This document shows positions 63,188 to 64,000 of a DNA stretch of 64,000 nucleotides, one piece after another. The notes under the pieces were generated by a model, which did no database searches, had not been told where the DNA came from, and saw nothing but the letters and a program-made list of their open reading frames with translations. The position numbers and the translations under genes are program-made. The DNA is from an uncultured Bacteroidales bacterium (GTDB taxonomy: Bacteria > Bacteroidota > Bacteroidia > Bacteroidales > UBA932). Location of the stretch: NCBI GenBank assembly GCA_944326235.1, contig CALVDH010000009.1:4795-68794 (forward strand), given 5' to 3'. The number at the start of each line of letters is the position of its first letter. Within the stretch, counting starts at the first letter, position 1.

Positions 63188-64000
63188 CTATTTGTCTCCC
63201 TCGGAGCCGGAATCGTTCCGGAGCTGGAACAGTACAGGCATAGCGTAGGATACGCGGACGGGTTTTCCGTTCACATAGCCCGGAGTCCAGTTGGCCGGAG
63301 ACTGGGAGACTATTCTTACGACTTCGTTGTTAAGGGATTCGTGCGGGCCGGCGAGGACGGTGATGTCCGACAGGGTGCCGTCAGTGTTTATCGTGAATTT
63401 CACTGTGACCCGTCCGGTGATTTTAGCCTTACGGGCCTCTTGAGGATACTCAAGGTGGCTGAAAACCCACTTGGTGAAATCATTGATGTCGCCGCCGTTG
63501 AATTTGGGTTTGATGTCTACGTCGACATAGCGGATCACTTCCTGCTGGTCTGCAGCAGGTGCGGTGAGTTCAGTTACGGCAGGTGTGACGGAGTCGGAAG
63601 GGGTGCTTTGAGTGTCTACGGCTGAGCTGCTGCTCAGGATCAGTGTAAGAAGGGGCAGGCAGGCAAGCCAGGAAAGTGCCGCCCATTTAGAGGTTTTGAG
63701 TTTGTGCATCATGGTAATTCGGTTTTTGAGCTTGCAGTGGTTAAAGCTGTTCGCGATCAGGAAACGTCGGTCTCCCACAGCTTTTCTGACAAGCAGGAGT
63801 TGATATTGAGTAGCATCGATGCCATGTTTGAGGACTGCCTCGTCGGTCTCGTATTCGTGCAGCATCCGCAGCTCCGAGAGCATTATCCACACGAGGGGGT
63901 TGAACCAATAGAGGGCGCAGACGAGCGACATCAGGAGTATGTCGGCGGAGTGGCGTAGCCGGGTGTGCATGTACTCGTGCAGCAGTATTTCCGGGTGCCG
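63188..64000 (-). CDS. M56 (BlaR1-like) metallopeptidase with C-terminal TonB_C-like domain, 5' end outside the window
   Basis: The reading frame stays open to the window edge. The HEXXH motif (LLHEYMH) lies at 63961..63990. The C-terminal KPKFNGGDINDFTKWV...GKPVRVSYAMPVLFQL is TonB_C-like. Confidence 0.85.
   Translation of the reverse strand, partial: RHPEILLHEYMHTRLRHSADILLMSLVCALYWFNPLVWIMLSELRMLHEYETDEAVLKHGIDATQYQLLLVRKAVGDRRFLIANSFNHCKLKNRITMMHKLKTSKWAALSWLACLPLLTLILSSSSAVDTQSTPSDSVTPAVTELTAPAADQQEVIRYVDVDIKPKFNGGDINDFTKWVFSHLEYPQEARKAKITGRVTVKFTINTDGTLSDITVLAGPHESLNNEVVRIVSQSPANWTPGYVNGKPVRVSYAMPVLFQLRNDSGSEGDK

Overview
The window looks like a chromosomal segment of a Bacteroidota (Bacteroidales-like) genome. 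Supporting evidence: TAnnTTTG -7 promoter boxes 5-49 nt upstream of the start codons at 17 sites, no Shine-Dalgarno sequences, a FeoA-FeoB fusion, a T9SS C-terminal sorting domain, a CarboxypepD_reg-type TonB-dependent receptor and a Ser-type sulfatase. I found no rRNA, tRNA, CRISPR array, integrase or prophage.

The GC-rich backbone (about 58-67% on sampled lines) is densely packed with housekeeping and envelope genes:
- Translation and core metabolism: aspS, a yqeY-like gene, an SDR, rnhB, an EF-G paralog, split transketolase, lepA.
- Phosphate: a PiT phosphate transporter with an OmpR/HK pair, and ppk1-ppx.
- Envelope and stress: an ECF sigma module, a sigma-54 activator-lptE-secG cluster, and PspC-PadR-PspC.
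- Metal and glycan: feoAB, a TonB receptor with partner lipoprotein, a GH20 hexosaminidase, a Fur-family regulator plus P1B ATPase locus, a nitroreductase, an aldolase, a sulfatase and an M56/TonB protein.

Five visibly lower-GC islets (about 37-50% on sampled lines) carry accessory genes:
- a COG2865 Schlafen/AlbA_2-like regulator containing an in-frame 12-bp microsatellite;
- a TPR-TM-AraC sensor with a BACON-like lipoprotein and a T9SS subtilase;
- two orphan Arch_ATPase-like NTPases;
- an HUH/Y1 transposase-like gene.

The most unusual observations are:
1. The HUH gene is bracketed by two inverted ~180-bp elements that each end in the same CACGTTGCTTTTTAGTT inverted repeat. This is a REPIN/RAYT-like cassette.
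2. One of two paralogous 6-bladed beta-propeller lipoprotein genes is bracketed by perfect 105-bp and near-perfect 117-bp tandem arrays.
3. A 779-aa lipoprotein built from a 1140-bp tandem duplication is paired with a non-SusD-type TonB receptor.
4. An EF-G paralog lacks the catalytic His.
5. A duplicated palindromic promoter module lies upstream of one ATPase.

All family assignments rest on motif recognition by eye. No database search was run. Coordinates of motifs I located myself may be off by 1-2 nt.
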